Source: an uncultured Thermoprotei archaeon (GTDB lineage: Archaea > Thermoproteota > Thermoprotei > Thermofilales > B15-G2). From it: DNA of 64,000 nucleotides. Below the pieces are notes generated by a model. That model worked only from the letters and a program-made list of their open reading frames with translations, did not search any database and was not told the DNA's origin. The stretch spans positions 1-64,000 of the forward strand of contig CBDUKN010000010.1 of the NCBI GenBank assembly GCA_965367815.1. The letters run 5' to 3'. Both the position numbers and the translations under genes were made by a program. Each line of letters begins with the position of its first letter. Position 1 is the stretch's first letter. Of the stretch, positions 1 through 10,229 are shown piece after piece.

Positions 1-131
1 GCGCCGTTGGGACCTGTAATAATGTTGAGGCCTGCTGATAAAGGTATTCTAGCGTACTTATATGACATAAAGTTCTCGATAATAACTTCTTTAATTAAAG
101 GCCTTCTGTGCTCCCCCACAGCTTGTACCAT
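1..131 (-). CDS. SMC-superfamily ATPase, N-terminal fragment (runs off window)
   Basis: Manual translation from ATG at 131: MVQAVGEHRRPLIKEVIIENFMSYKYARIPLSAGLNIITGPNG(A), i.e. the IxxENFxSY...GLNxIxGPNG Walker A start of SMC/Rad50 heads. Confidence 0.85.
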   Translation of the reverse strand, partial: MVQAVGEHRRPLIKEVIIENFMSYKYARIPLSAGLNIITGPNG

Positions 132-226
132 TGACTTATAGTATCTCTAATAAATATAGGTAGTGATACTTATTTCGGAGATAATAGCCGGGGTATTGTT
201 AAATTAACATATGTTTATAAAACTAG

Positions 227-595
227 TTATTTTTCATTAAATATTTTAGAATCAAGTTTAAAGTCAGTAAGTTTATATTTTGCGGTACCCTGTTTTTTCG
301 CACAATTCGTGTATTTGTTTTTAGTAAGAAGGTATATTTTGAGAACGCTTTCTGATGCTTTTTTGAGTGTTTCAGACTGAAAGCCGAAATATGATGCTAG
401 TATTGAGGCATATATTTTCTTTCCTGTAATTTTTTCTGCTATTGCCGTACTTTTTTCTAATTGTTCTATTTTAGTAGGGGGGCATTGTTCTCCGAAGTAG
501 GCTTCAAGTACTAGTACTCTGTTGTCGATGGTTTCTATTATAGCGTTTACTTCTCCTAAGGCACCTTCATATCTATAGACTTTGTTGTCTATACA
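227..595 (-). pseudogene. 5'-truncated remnant of a PD-(D/E)xK nuclease-like C-terminal domain
   Basis: Start-less open frame ...YEGALGEVNAIIETIDNRVLVLEAYFG...ILASYFGFQSETLKKA...IYLL, resembling the C-terminal domain of archaeal ATPases. Confidence 0.5.
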
Positions 596-847
596 GAAGA
601 AGAAGAGAAAAAGCTGAGAGAAATTATAAGAAAGTATGCCGATATTTTAAAAGAAACTGCTAGAGTAGTTTTTGAGAAAGCATTAGATGAATTAGCACCA
701 TGGTTTGAGAATACTTTAGTAGCAAAACATGGATTTACGTTAGAAAGTGGTGAAGTAAAGCATTTAGTATGGGTTACTCTGAACGGCTTAATAGAACTAT
801 ACTTATCAGAGAGAGGAGTACTAGTAGATCCATTAAAGGACTCCTAA
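596..847 (+). pseudogene. 5'-truncated remnant, paralogous to the C-terminus of 1780..2943
   Basis: Start-less frame EEEEKKLREII...KHGFTLE...VW...LSERGVLVDPLKDS aligns by eye with LEEDNE...KEGFS...VW...LATKGYIYDPLK of the 1780 protein. Confidence 0.55.
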
Positions 848-971
848 GAGACATTTCTTGTACATGAAAATTAAGTCGAATTAAATATTTAATTGTTATT
901 TTTTCAAAAATATGCTTATTTAAAACATATCTTACTTTAGCGCTTTCCGACCTAAAGTAAGTCAAATATAT

Positions 972-1691
972 GTGTACGCTTATTTTCCATATATGCCTTT
1001 AGTCTGTAAGATATTCGAGCTTATTGAGTCTCTTGAGCTAGAGTTTATTGCCATGAAGCTCAAGGACTTCAAGCAAGTTTATACCGAGGAAATAGAGGGC
1101 AGAGAAATAGAGCTAGGTTCTCTTGTAAAAGACTTATCTCTTCAAGAGAATATTTTGAGCGGCGTTTACGAGGACAGTTTTCTTGTAGAGCTTCCTTATA
1201 GAGGAGAGTATAGGAAAGTACCTGTCTCGAAAGAAACAAAATTCTTTTTTATGAGCCATGATGACAAAGTATTCCTGATTATAGGCGATAGAAAGCTTAG
1301 AGCTAATTTCCTGGCGAATAAGTTTTCTAAAATACTTTTTGCTAAGCGCGGAGGAATACTAGAGGCTACTATTAAGCCTCAAGTACTTAAAAGTCTCTAT
1401 GAGTCTAAGAAAAGCGCTGTTAAAGTAATGTTTTTCGACGACGTAAAAATACCTAATGTAAATAAGCTTTCTCTGTACGGCGACAATGTCGTAGACACGA
1501 GTCTTTACGCAGAGTATCTGAAGTACGGTAAGGTCTGGTACATTGTATTCGAGTACAGAGAAGGACTAGTACTGGGCTTAACTAGGAACTGTGTTGTTAC
1601 AGCTTTCTCTAAGATGAGTGAAGAAGAATTTTATCGCCTTGTCTTTGATGAAATAATTCCGTTAATTTCTACTACAGTAGAAGAAGAATAG
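972..1691 (+). CDS. Conserved archaeal hypothetical protein (likely start ATG ~993, MPLVCKIFEL)
   Basis: Long ORF with globular alpha/beta pattern and a conserved-looking FFDDVKIPNVNKLSLYG segment; no function recognised. Confidence 0.75.
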   Translation: MYAYFPYMPLVCKIFELIESLELEFIAMKLKDFKQVYTEEIEGREIELGSLVKDLSLQENILSGVYEDSFLVELPYRGEYRKVPVSKETKFFFMSHDDKVFLIIGDRKLRANFLANKFSKILFAKRGGILEATIKPQVLKSLYESKKSAVKVMFFDDVKIPNVNKLSLYGDNVVDTSLYAEYLKYGKVWYIVFEYREGLVLGLTRNCVVTAFSKMSEEEFYRLVFDEIIPLISTTVEEE

Positions 1692-1779
1692 CTTAATCTA
1701 ACTACAAATTATTGGCAGTACTAAAAATAGTCACTTACTGTGACTTACCTTTTAATATTCGATAATATAGTACTATTAC

Positions 1780-2943
1780 ATGGGTAAAAGACTTCACATA
1801 TATATTTGTGGGTCAGCTGGATCTTGGGATGAGTACAATCCTTTCTACGTGGCTAGTAAGAAGTATGCTAAAGAAGTAATGTACCTTATAGCAAAGAAGC
1901 CTATGTCTATTGAAGAATTATCTGCAGCACTTAATGTTGATGCCGGCCCCTTGAAGGAAATTGTTGATGCTTTAGTTAAAATAGATGCTGCCGTAATAGA
2001 GAACAATAAAGTGAAAGCTAATTTTGTTGTCTTCTTTAAAGAAGACATATATAAAATAAGTAATTTTGCAGAAAAATATAGTAGAAAGCTTTCCGAAAAA
2101 ATTATTGAGAAGTGGAGTACTATTGAAAGAAAACTGAGTGAAGTGCGCTGTGTTGAACAAGTAGGCTTAAAGAAAGTAGCTTTTGCGGTAATTGGAGCCT
2201 ATGCTTTAGACTTAGATGCTCTCTCTACATTAAGAGAAAAGGGTTTAGCAATATTTAAGGAACCTAAGCCAGGCAATAGAGAATACATACTGTATGGAAG
2301 AGAATACTTTGAGGAACACATTAAGCTAATAAGTGGTCTTTACTGGGGCTGCCATAGTACTATAGTCAATGGAGTAGGCTTCTATACATTCGGGGATCAT
2401 GCTGGTAGACGCTATGCTATACCTGATGTCAATTTTTCTGAAAAAATATTAGGTGAGTTTAAGTCTGAAGATGAGAGGAAATTTAGGCTTAGGGCTTCTG
2501 AACTATTAATTAAAGTGTTTAAGGAAAAGAAATGTTCTAAGGAAACTTTAGTAGAAACGAGTACTGATTCAAAAATCTTAGACTTGCTTTTAGACATGTC
2601 TTACTTAAAGGAAGAGAATACTGCACTTTTCTTAAACTATCCCGTCATACTTGAGGAAGATAACGAAAATATTGTAGCTTCAGTTGATTCAGTTGAACCT
2701 ACCGTAGAGGAAGTTGCTGTAGAAAGTTATCAAGCTTTAGAAAGAAAACTACGTGACATTACTCCGCTTAAAGAAGGCTTTAGCCCTAAGCTAATATTCA
2801 CAGAAGTGTGGCACTGGATATTCGGTAAAGCTAACAAGATTCTAGCAACAAAAGGCTACATATACGATCCTCTGAAAAGAAAACCTAGTGAAGGAAAATA
2901 TATTGCCTGGATCCACGTAAATCCGCCGCCTAGGTTTATGTAA
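1780..2943 (+). CDS. Hypothetical protein with N-terminal winged helix-turn-helix
   Basis: KPMSIEELSAALNV...IVDALVKID wHTH pattern; 387 aa ORF. Confidence 0.7.
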   Translation: MGKRLHIYICGSAGSWDEYNPFYVASKKYAKEVMYLIAKKPMSIEELSAALNVDAGPLKEIVDALVKIDAAVIENNKVKANFVVFFKEDIYKISNFAEKYSRKLSEKIIEKWSTIERKLSEVRCVEQVGLKKVAFAVIGAYALDLDALSTLREKGLAIFKEPKPGNREYILYGREYFEEHIKLISGLYWGCHSTIVNGVGFYTFGDHAGRRYAIPDVNFSEKILGEFKSEDERKFRLRASELLIKVFKEKKCSKETLVETSTDSKILDLLLDMSYLKEENTALFLNYPVILEEDNENIVASVDSVEPTVEEVAVESYQALERKLRDITPLKEGFSPKLIFTEVWHWIFGKANKILATKGYIYDPLKRKPSEGKYIAWIHVNPPPRFM

Positions 2944-3029
2944 ATTCTCAAGAATAATTTAAGCGAGCTACCAAGTACTAAGTTGCAGGTAAGTTTTAAT
3001 GCTAGAGGGCAGGTGTTCAATTTGAGAAA

Positions 3030-3989
3030 ATGGTATTAAAGTATGTTTTCGGACCAGTTCCTTCCCGCCGTCTCGGACGTTCTCTTGGAATAAATAATCT
3101 TCCTTCAAAAATATGCACTTACTCCTGTATATACTGTCAGGCTGGACGCACACTTCTCCTCACTAGTGAAAGAAGGCCTTACTCTGAGCCGGAGAAAGTG
3201 GCAGAGGAAGTCGTGACTGTAGTAGAGAGACTCGGCGGTCAAATAGACTATGTCACATTTGTGCCTAATGGTGAACCTACACTAGACTCTAATTTAGGCG
3301 AGTCTGCTAGCATGATTAAGCGGAAGGTAGAGGTGCCGTTAGCTATTTTAACGAATTCTTCTCTTCTTTCAGACAAAAGTGTTAGAGAGGATTTAATGAT
3401 ATTTGATTTAGTTTCGCTTAAAGTTGATAGTGTTGTAGAAAGTACTTGGAGGAAAATAAATAGGCCTCATAAAAACTTAGTTCTTCAAAAAATACTAAGC
3501 GGATTACTAGAATTTTCCGATAACTACACCGGAATTCTTCTTACTGAAACTATGCTTATCGAAGGAATAAATAGCTGCGAAGAAGAGTACTTTAAAGTAG
3601 CGGATTTTCTACAAAAACTTAATCCTGATAAAGTGTATATAGCTGTACCTACAAGGCCTCCGGCAGAATTGTGGGTAAAGCCTGCTTCAGAAGAAGAATT
3701 GACCAAAGCATACATTATTTTCCAAAGCAAATTGAAGTGTTCAATAGAGCTACTTACTGGAAAAGAGAAAGGAGAATTTATTTCACTAGAAGATCCGGTA
3801 AAGTCTCTTTTATCAATTACGTCTGTTCATCCAATGAGGCTGAAGGATGCTTATCGTCTTCTTAGCAGGAAAGGTGATCCCTATGCAATATTAAGTGAGC
3901 TTAAGTTAAAAGGTGATGTAAAAATAGTGGAGTATAGAGGAGAAAAATTCGTTATTAGGTCTTTTAGACAGTTTAAAAAGATTTCTTAG
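3030..3989 (+). CDS. Radical SAM Fe-S oxidoreductase (COG0731-like)
   Basis: FGPVPSRRLGRSLGIN, CTYSCIYC (CxxxCxxC), GEPTL, LTNSSLL. Confidence 0.9.
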   Translation: MVLKYVFGPVPSRRLGRSLGINNLPSKICTYSCIYCQAGRTLLLTSERRPYSEPEKVAEEVVTVVERLGGQIDYVTFVPNGEPTLDSNLGESASMIKRKVEVPLAILTNSSLLSDKSVREDLMIFDLVSLKVDSVVESTWRKINRPHKNLVLQKILSGLLEFSDNYTGILLTETMLIEGINSCEEEYFKVADFLQKLNPDKVYIAVPTRPPAELWVKPASEEELTKAYIIFQSKLKCSIELLTGKEKGEFISLEDPVKSLLSITSVHPMRLKDAYRLLSRKGDPYAILSELKLKGDVKIVEYRGEKFVIRSFRQFKKIS

Positions 3990-4124
3990 AGACTTAAGGG
4001 AAGTTCTTCAAGAGAGTACTTCTGCTTAGTTCTTAAAGCCTTACTTATATTTCCTAATATTATGTATTTATGTCTCCGGCAAAGCTCTAGAATTTAATTT
4101 AGTTTAATAGAGACAGTGGTCTAA

Positions 4125-4898
4125 ATGAAAGTTAAGCTTATTGCATGGAATAAGCTAGGGGAAGATAATTCGCGAAAAATAGTTATACTAGCTGTTAAAG
4201 TTTCCTGCGGCAAAGTGAGAGAAAAGGGTATTGACTACTATATTGAGCGGAACTATAGCGACGAAGATTATAGAAAATGGCTTATTGATGCTTTAAAGTA
4301 TCCTTCAGTGCTAGAACATCTTGTATTTACGTTTTATATAGAGGGTATTAGTAGAGTATGTTCACATCAGCTAGTTCGCCATAGATTAGCTTCCTATACT
4401 CAAGAATCTCAGCGGTATAGTGAGTCCTATATGAAAAAAGCTGTAGAAAAAGTAGCGCACATATGTTCAAAGAAACTTGAAGAAAACTACGATTATTATT
4501 CAAGACTAATAGAGGAATTTTTAAAAATTGCTGAAGAAAAACAGGGTGAATACAGGAACTTAGTTATTGCGGCGGCGCAGGAAGCTTTTGTTATTCCCTG
4601 GAGTCTTTCGCTTAAAGAAAAGTATTGTTTAGCTAGAAGCTACTTAGAGAGTTTAGCTGAATACTATAGACTTTTAGCTAAAGGTGTTAGAAAAGAAGAT
4701 GCTAGGTTTATTATACCTCAGGCTATTAAAACTGCTTTAATAATGACCGTGAACTTAAGAGAATTGCTTCATATAGCTAAATTGAGACTGAGTAATACGG
4801 CTCAATGGGAAATAAGAGAACTTGTGAAAAGAATGGTTGAAGAGGCCAGTAAGATTGTTCCAGAGATAACTAACTTAATTAAGAGTTATAGAGAGTAA
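4125..4898 (+). CDS. thyX: FAD-dependent thymidylate synthase
   Basis: SVLEH, SRVCSHQLVRHRLASYTQESQRY (RHR-x7-S motif), EDARF, NLREL, AQWEIRE. Confidence 0.95.
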   Translation: MKVKLIAWNKLGEDNSRKIVILAVKVSCGKVREKGIDYYIERNYSDEDYRKWLIDALKYPSVLEHLVFTFYIEGISRVCSHQLVRHRLASYTQESQRYSESYMKKAVEKVAHICSKKLEENYDYYSRLIEEFLKIAEEKQGEYRNLVIAAAQEAFVIPWSLSLKEKYCLARSYLESLAEYYRLLAKGVRKEDARFIIPQAIKTALIMTVNLRELLHIAKLRLSNTAQWEIRELVKRMVEEASKIVPEITNLIKSYRE

Positions 4899-4901
4899 TA
4901 A

Positions 4902-5783
4902 TTATCTTATAATTTGAGTTGCTTTTATGTAGTTTTCGAGCTTTTCTACAATTTCTTTAATACTTCTTTCGCCCAGTATCATAGGTCTATTTGATATGAA
5001 TGCGGGGAGTTCTTCTGCTTTAAGTATTCTAACGCTTCTATGTTCATATACCTCTGATCTACAGTCTACTAGAGCTACTACCGCGTCGACCCATGTACCT
5101 AGAATAAATTTATGTAGAAATGTAGCTGCTCTCTTGACTTGGTTTACTGGGTCTGTCGTTAAGGGTCTTACTCCGTGGCTTGTTTTAACATACCACTGGT
5201 CATCTTTGACGAAAAGCGTTCCTCCAGCTATTCTCTTTACTTCAATAGCAAAAACTCCTGTAGGTCCCACTACTACTGCATCTATATCTCCTGCGTCCTT
5301 AATGTAAACATTAAAGAATACATGGTATCTATCTGGAAGTCTAGTTAGTTCTTCAGCTACTTTCTTCTCACCTATTATGCCACTTGTATAGCTCTGAATT
5401 ACTTTTAGTCCTACTATTATCGGTATTATACCGACTATTACGGCCAATAGCAGTTTAAGTGGCTCTAGTTCCTGAAAGGGAACAGGTATAAACAATACGA
5501 CTATTGCGAAGCTACCTATAGATGTTATTGCTAGGACAAAGAGTAGCTGAACCAGCTTATCGACTGGTATTTCTGCAGGCTTGTTGTATACTATTACCAC
5601 GTATAAATAGTAACTCGGAGGAAATAAAAACTCTTCAGTAAGCTTTTTCAGTCTTTCGCTTGTAAATTGATTTTTAGGGCAGGTCGGCGTCGCTCTGTGG
5701 ACAGCGGAGCTAAGTAATTTAAATAGATAGTGCGTTAAGTGAAGGAAGTAATATGAGCAGCTACGAGGCAGTTTTGCCCGCAT
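4902..5783 (-). CDS. NERD-domain nuclease-related membrane protein (true start probably ~5600)
   Basis: Two TM helices then GIIGEKKV...DIDAVVVGPTGVFAIEVK...DPVNQVKR NERD motifs. Confidence 0.85.
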   Translation of the reverse strand: MRAKLPRSCSYYFLHLTHYLFKLLSSAVHRATPTCPKNQFTSERLKKLTEEFLFPPSYYLYVVIVYNKPAEIPVDKLVQLLFVLAITSIGSFAIVVLFIPVPFQELEPLKLLLAVIVGIIPIIVGLKVIQSYTSGIIGEKKVAEELTRLPDRYHVFFNVYIKDAGDIDAVVVGPTGVFAIEVKRIAGGTLFVKDDQWYVKTSHGVRPLTTDPVNQVKRAATFLHKFILGTWVDAVVALVDCRSEVYEHRSVRILKAEELPAFISNRPMILGERSIKEIVEKLENYIKATQIIR

Positions 5784-6610
5784 TGTCTTCGGCTGTAGCT
5801 AGCGGAGCTGCAGCAATACTTCTTAAGCACAGTACTAGAGGAATTAAGCCTATTTTAGTGAACTACATTAAGGCGGCTGCAGGTAGTCTGACGCTGGGAT
5901 TAATTGTATTGGTTTTTGCTTGGAGCGAGCTTGTCTCAATAAGTTTGAATGACCTTATTTTAGTGGCTTTCATAGGCTTAACAGGACCCTTTATTGCATG
6001 GTTTCTTTACATAAAGGCTCTCTCGATAGGAGACATTAGTTTAGTACACCCTATAGTAAACACTTACTCGCTTTCAGCAATGTTATTTAACTTTATTTTA
6101 CTTAAGTCTCCTATTAAAATAGAGCACGTAGCTGGAGCACTGTTTGTCGTAATTGGAATAAGGCTTCTCGCTGAAAAAGGTAAGAGGGGTAAATTTCTCG
6201 CCCCAATGTTGCTTGCTTTAGCTGTTTCGCTTATTTGGGGGCTTAATACTGTTTTGTTTAAAATAGCTTTGGCTAGAAGTGGGCCTCTAGTACTTTCTTT
6301 TCTTCGAGTATTCTTTGCTTTTATTTTCATGACTCCCGCAGCTTTAGGACAGTTGAGTGGAGTTAGCATTAAGTTAAAGTATGTGGGTTCGGCTTCTTTA
6401 GCTGGTCTTGTTTCAGACTTTATTGGAGTTTTTCTGTGGCTTCTTTCACTTAAATTAGGTGAAGTTTCTGTTGCTGCTACTATATCGGCTTCATCGCCTA
6501 TATTCTCGGCTATGTTCTCTTGGAGTATTTTCGGCGAGAAAATAAGTAGGAGGAGGGTTCTTGGAATAATTTTGACTGTAGCTGGTATTTGTGTAGTATC
6601 TGCTACCTGA
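5753..6610 (+). CDS. EamA/DMT family transporter
   Basis: ~10 TM helices in two repeats, ending IFGEKISRRRVLGIIL. Confidence 0.9.
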   Translation: MSSYEAVLPALSSAVASGAAAILLKHSTRGIKPILVNYIKAAAGSLTLGLIVLVFAWSELVSISLNDLILVAFIGLTGPFIAWFLYIKALSIGDISLVHPIVNTYSLSAMLFNFILLKSPIKIEHVAGALFVVIGIRLLAEKGKRGKFLAPMLLALAVSLIWGLNTVLFKIALARSGPLVLSFLRVFFAFIFMTPAALGQLSGVSIKLKYVGSASLAGLVSDFIGVFLWLLSLKLGEVSVAATISASSPIFSAMFSWSIFGEKISRRRVLGIILTVAGICVVSAT

Positions 6611-7668
6611 AGTCAAGTATTTTGATTTGATTATTTTCAATTATTTTATTTAGAACCCTATTATACCATTTTAAAGCCTTTTTAATGACTTTAGGATATT
6701 TTTCTAAATTAATGTTTGACTGCGGATAGGCTAATACTTCTGCTGACTGACTGTCTTTTTCGCGTAGAGTAGTTCTTTTCAGGTATTTTGAGAAGAGGTA
6801 AAAGCTACAGCAGTCTGGTGTATTGTCTATTAAAATAGGTTCTTTACAGGTAGCTATTTTGATTCCTATTTCACGTGCTATACTCTTTATTTCAAGAAGC
6901 TTTTCTTTTCTGTAGCTTAAAGGAGGTTTTATTATTTTCGAGTATGCGCTGTAGGCGTTCCAGTGGAGAGTGTAAGGTGTTTTGTCTAGTGCGTGTTTTT
7001 TTGAAGAGGTTTAGCAGATCTATGTTTGTTCTTAAATACTCTACAATAACATGTTTTATATTAGCGTTTTTTAGTTCCCGGAAAGCATCTTCTATTACTT
7101 CAGGTATATCGCTTAATCCGGGGATAAGTGGCTGATATCTAAATACTACGGGTACTTTTTCACGAGAGAGGTTTTTAGCTAAGTCTAATAGTTCAGTAAA
7201 TGAAGGGGCTTTAGGTTCAAGTTCTTCTATCTTGAAGGGGGAAGCCGAGCTAAATTGAACTACTAGTAGATTTCTTGTCGATAGTTCTTTGAGAACTGTT
7301 ATCCAAGGATCTTCTGCTATTAGTGTGCTTTTAGTATTCACTATAATCGGGTACTCGTGTCTAAGAGCTACGCTTAGCACTAAGTAGCTTACTTTATGTG
7401 TTTTCTCTATTTCTTGAAAGGGATCGACTAGAGTGGAGAGTCTAAAGGGGTAAGGGTGTAAGTTATATTTCTTTATTCTCCTGGCTACTTTATTGAATAG
7501 TTTAATGTGCTCTTTTATAGGTCTTGGCGCTGTTTCACTTAAATACCATTTTCCATAGCAGTAGACGCACCCGAAGCTGCAGCTAGTGTAAGGCTCTATT
7601 CTGAATATAGAGTAGCACAACGAGGCTATGATTGGAGAAGGCTTAATTACTAAGTCGGGGTGTTTCAT
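6603..7668 (-). pseudogene. Radical SAM protein (SPL-like) with a frameshift in an A7 run
   Basis: EPYTSCSFGCVYCYG; removing one base from the run at 6996-7002 continues the frame (HALDKTPY...IATCKEP...PDCCSF) to TAG at 6603. Confidence 0.75.
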
Positions 7669-7754
7669 TTCTAGTTTTCTAGAGGAGTAAGTTGATATAT
7701 TGTTTGCTTTCGGAAAACTAGATTTAAATATTCTTGTTCAGTGATAGTGAACAG

Positions 7755-9130
7755 ATGTTTATAAATTCTGTAAACCCCTGGTAGACTGGAAGTATAGAAG
7801 AAGACCCGGATTACTCTAAGTGGCTTAAGAGGAAAGTAAAGTGGGTGCCTTCGGAAGTAAATACTATAGTAAGCTCTATTAGAGATGAAGGGACTCATTT
7901 AAATTTCATAATAGGTCCACGGCAAGTAGGTAAAACTACTGGAATTAAAATAGCTGTAAGCAAATTATTGAATAAAATAGATGCTAGAAGAATATTCTAT
8001 TATAGATGTGATCTTATAAGTGACTACAAAGAATTACTTGAAGTTATTCAAAGCTACTTAAGGCTCGCTCAAGCCTGGGGTATTAAGGAATCAAAAGTAA
8101 TGTTTCTAGATGAAGTAAACATGGTTAAAGAATGGTGGAGAACAATAAAGTATCTAATTGACACAGGGGCTCTCAAAAATGTCAACATATTTTTAACAGG
8201 ATCATCTAGCATGAAGTTACTCAAAGAAACTGAAAGATTTCCTGGCAGAAGAAGATTAGGCAAGGACATATTCTTTCTTCCTCTATCTTTTAAAGAATAT
8301 CTACAGGTAGCTAATAGAAAGCTTTACAGCGAAATTAAGCATACTTTGATTAAAGTAAAGGCAAGAAATTTAAATGAAGTACTAGAAGCATGTTTATTCA
8401 TAGAGCCTTACTTACATGAACTAAACAGGGTTTTCTTAGAGTATATCGAGTGCGGAGGATATCCTCTCTCCATACTAGAGCGCTTTGGAGAAGAAAAAGG
8501 GGCTTCGGAAAGCTTACTTGCTTCAATTAGATACGATGTAGAGAGAGCGGGAAGAAATATGGGAGTATTTAAAGATATTTCAACATATCTTCTTCAAGCA
8601 GCACCGTCTCCTATTTCATTAGTAAAATTGCGAGAGAGGCGGGAGTAAGTAAAGCAACGTGCCAAGAATATATTCAGCTTGCAGTAGATCTATTTCTCTT
8701 AATCGCCTTAAGATACATAGACCCATACAGGCTACAGCCAGTTCCTAGGAAAGAGAGAAAATACTGTTTCATAGATCCGTTTATTTACACTGTTTTCTCG
8801 GAGTGGTGCGACGTCACTATTAAAAAGGAGCATGTAGTTGAGGCAGCGGCCATAGCCCACATACTGAGGCTAATTGACTGGAGGAAAGTATACGAGAATA
8901 CAGTCTACTACTGGAGAAATAGAGCTGAAGTAGACTTAATGGTGAAGGTCGATGGAAAGCCGCTGGGATTCGAAATAACATGGAGTCCTTTCAAAGAAAC
9001 AGTATCAGCTGTAGGCAAGATAAAGGAAATAGTCCTCTTGGATAGAGAAGAACTAGACTTAAATAAGAGAAGAATTCCTCTTGTGCTTTTTCTTCTAGTA
9101 GCAGAGCTAAAGAACATTAAGTTCAAATAG
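7755..9130 (+). pseudogene. AAA+ ATPase with DUF4143 C-terminus, disrupted
   Basis: NPW-TAG at 7782 in place of NPWW; GPRQVGKTT, FLDEV, LTGSS; frameshift ~8618 then SKIAREAGVSKAT...YYWRNRAEVDL...GFEITW. Confidence 0.85.
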
Positions 9131-10217
9131 TTTTAAATACTCCGTATTTGTGGGCAGCCCTATATAAGGCAATAATATTTTCTACAGGAACTTCTGGCTG
9201 AAGAGAGTGACCAGGGCCTAGAATAAGACCTGTCGGTCCAAGTTTCTCTATTCTCTCTTTAACTTCTCTCACCACATCTTCTACAGTACCAAAAGGCATT
9301 GTTCTCTGAATAGATATTGTTCCGTCGAAACACAGCTTGTCTCCATAAAGTTCTTTAAGCTTATAGACATCCATGCACTCGGGCTGAACAGGGTTCAGTA
9401 TATCTACACCTATTTCAACTAAATCAGGTATAATAGGCTCTATCCAGCCATCGCTGTGAAAAACAAAGTATGCTCCTCTCTTGTGAGCCAAATTTGCTAG
9501 TTTAACGTATATCGGCTTAAGATACTTTTTCCACATAGCTGGAGAAATAATCATTCCTTTCTGCATACCCACGTCATCTCCATTAACTATAGCGTCTACA
9601 CCAGCATCAAGAAGAATCTTAGCCTGCTCTTCGGCTATCTTATATAGTTTGCTAAGAATATACTCTACTTTACTCGGCTCAATGATCATTAACTTCAAGA
9701 ACTCATTAAAGCCTGTAAGCTTCCAAGCAGTCTCAAAACACTGTAAAACACCGCCGTAAACAAAGTAGTCTTCATACTTATTCTTGAACTCTACTACTCT
9801 ATCGTAGTCTTCTTCTCTAACTTCGGGCCAAGGATATTCTTCGAGAGACATGTGCTGAAGAGGATACTTGCAGTAAGTATATGTGTGAGTTTTCCCAGGA
9901 ACCCATATTGTCTCATAGCCGAAAATACTTCTCCTAATTTCTTTATCGCCCATACGTTTAACGACATAGCCTTCTTCCTTCCACTCAACTTTGCCTTCAG
10001 GCTCAAAACCTCCTTTAAGCCCTATACCAGTGCCTACAATATCTACTCCAAGCACCTTTACTAAGTGATCATAATCTTTAACACCTAGAGCTTCCTTAAG
10101 CTTCTCTAAAGGCTCGGGCCTAATTCTCAAAACTAGAGGAACTCTATCAGGTACTTCGTGTTCTACAGCCCTAATGCATCTTTCTCTAGGCTTAAGCACA
10201 TTTCTATAAATAAACAA
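9123..10217 (-). CDS. Uroporphyrinogen decarboxylase/methylcobamide methyltransferase family protein
   Basis: PRER...PDRVP, GDDVGMQKGMIISP, FHSDG, LNPVQP, GHSLQPEVPVENI. Confidence 0.85.
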   Translation of the reverse strand: MFIYRNVLKPRERCIRAVEHEVPDRVPLVLRIRPEPLEKLKEALGVKDYDHLVKVLGVDIVGTGIGLKGGFEPEGKVEWKEEGYVVKRMGDKEIRRSIFGYETIWVPGKTHTYTYCKYPLQHMSLEEYPWPEVREEDYDRVVEFKNKYEDYFVYGGVLQCFETAWKLTGFNEFLKLMIIEPSKVEYILSKLYKIAEEQAKILLDAGVDAIVNGDDVGMQKGMIISPAMWKKYLKPIYVKLANLAHKRGAYFVFHSDGWIEPIIPDLVEIGVDILNPVQPECMDVYKLKELYGDKLCFDGTISIQRTMPFGTVEDVVREVKERIEKLGPTGLILGPGHSLQPEVPVENIIALYRAAHKYGVFKTI

Positions 10218-10229
10218 GCATTTATAGAA

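Noticed and set aside
7782-7784. In-frame TAG (and TGA at 30909) as pyrrolysine/selenocysteine recoding
   Set aside because: Both genes carry additional frameshifts or truncations, and the TAG replaces a conserved Trp; ordinary decay.
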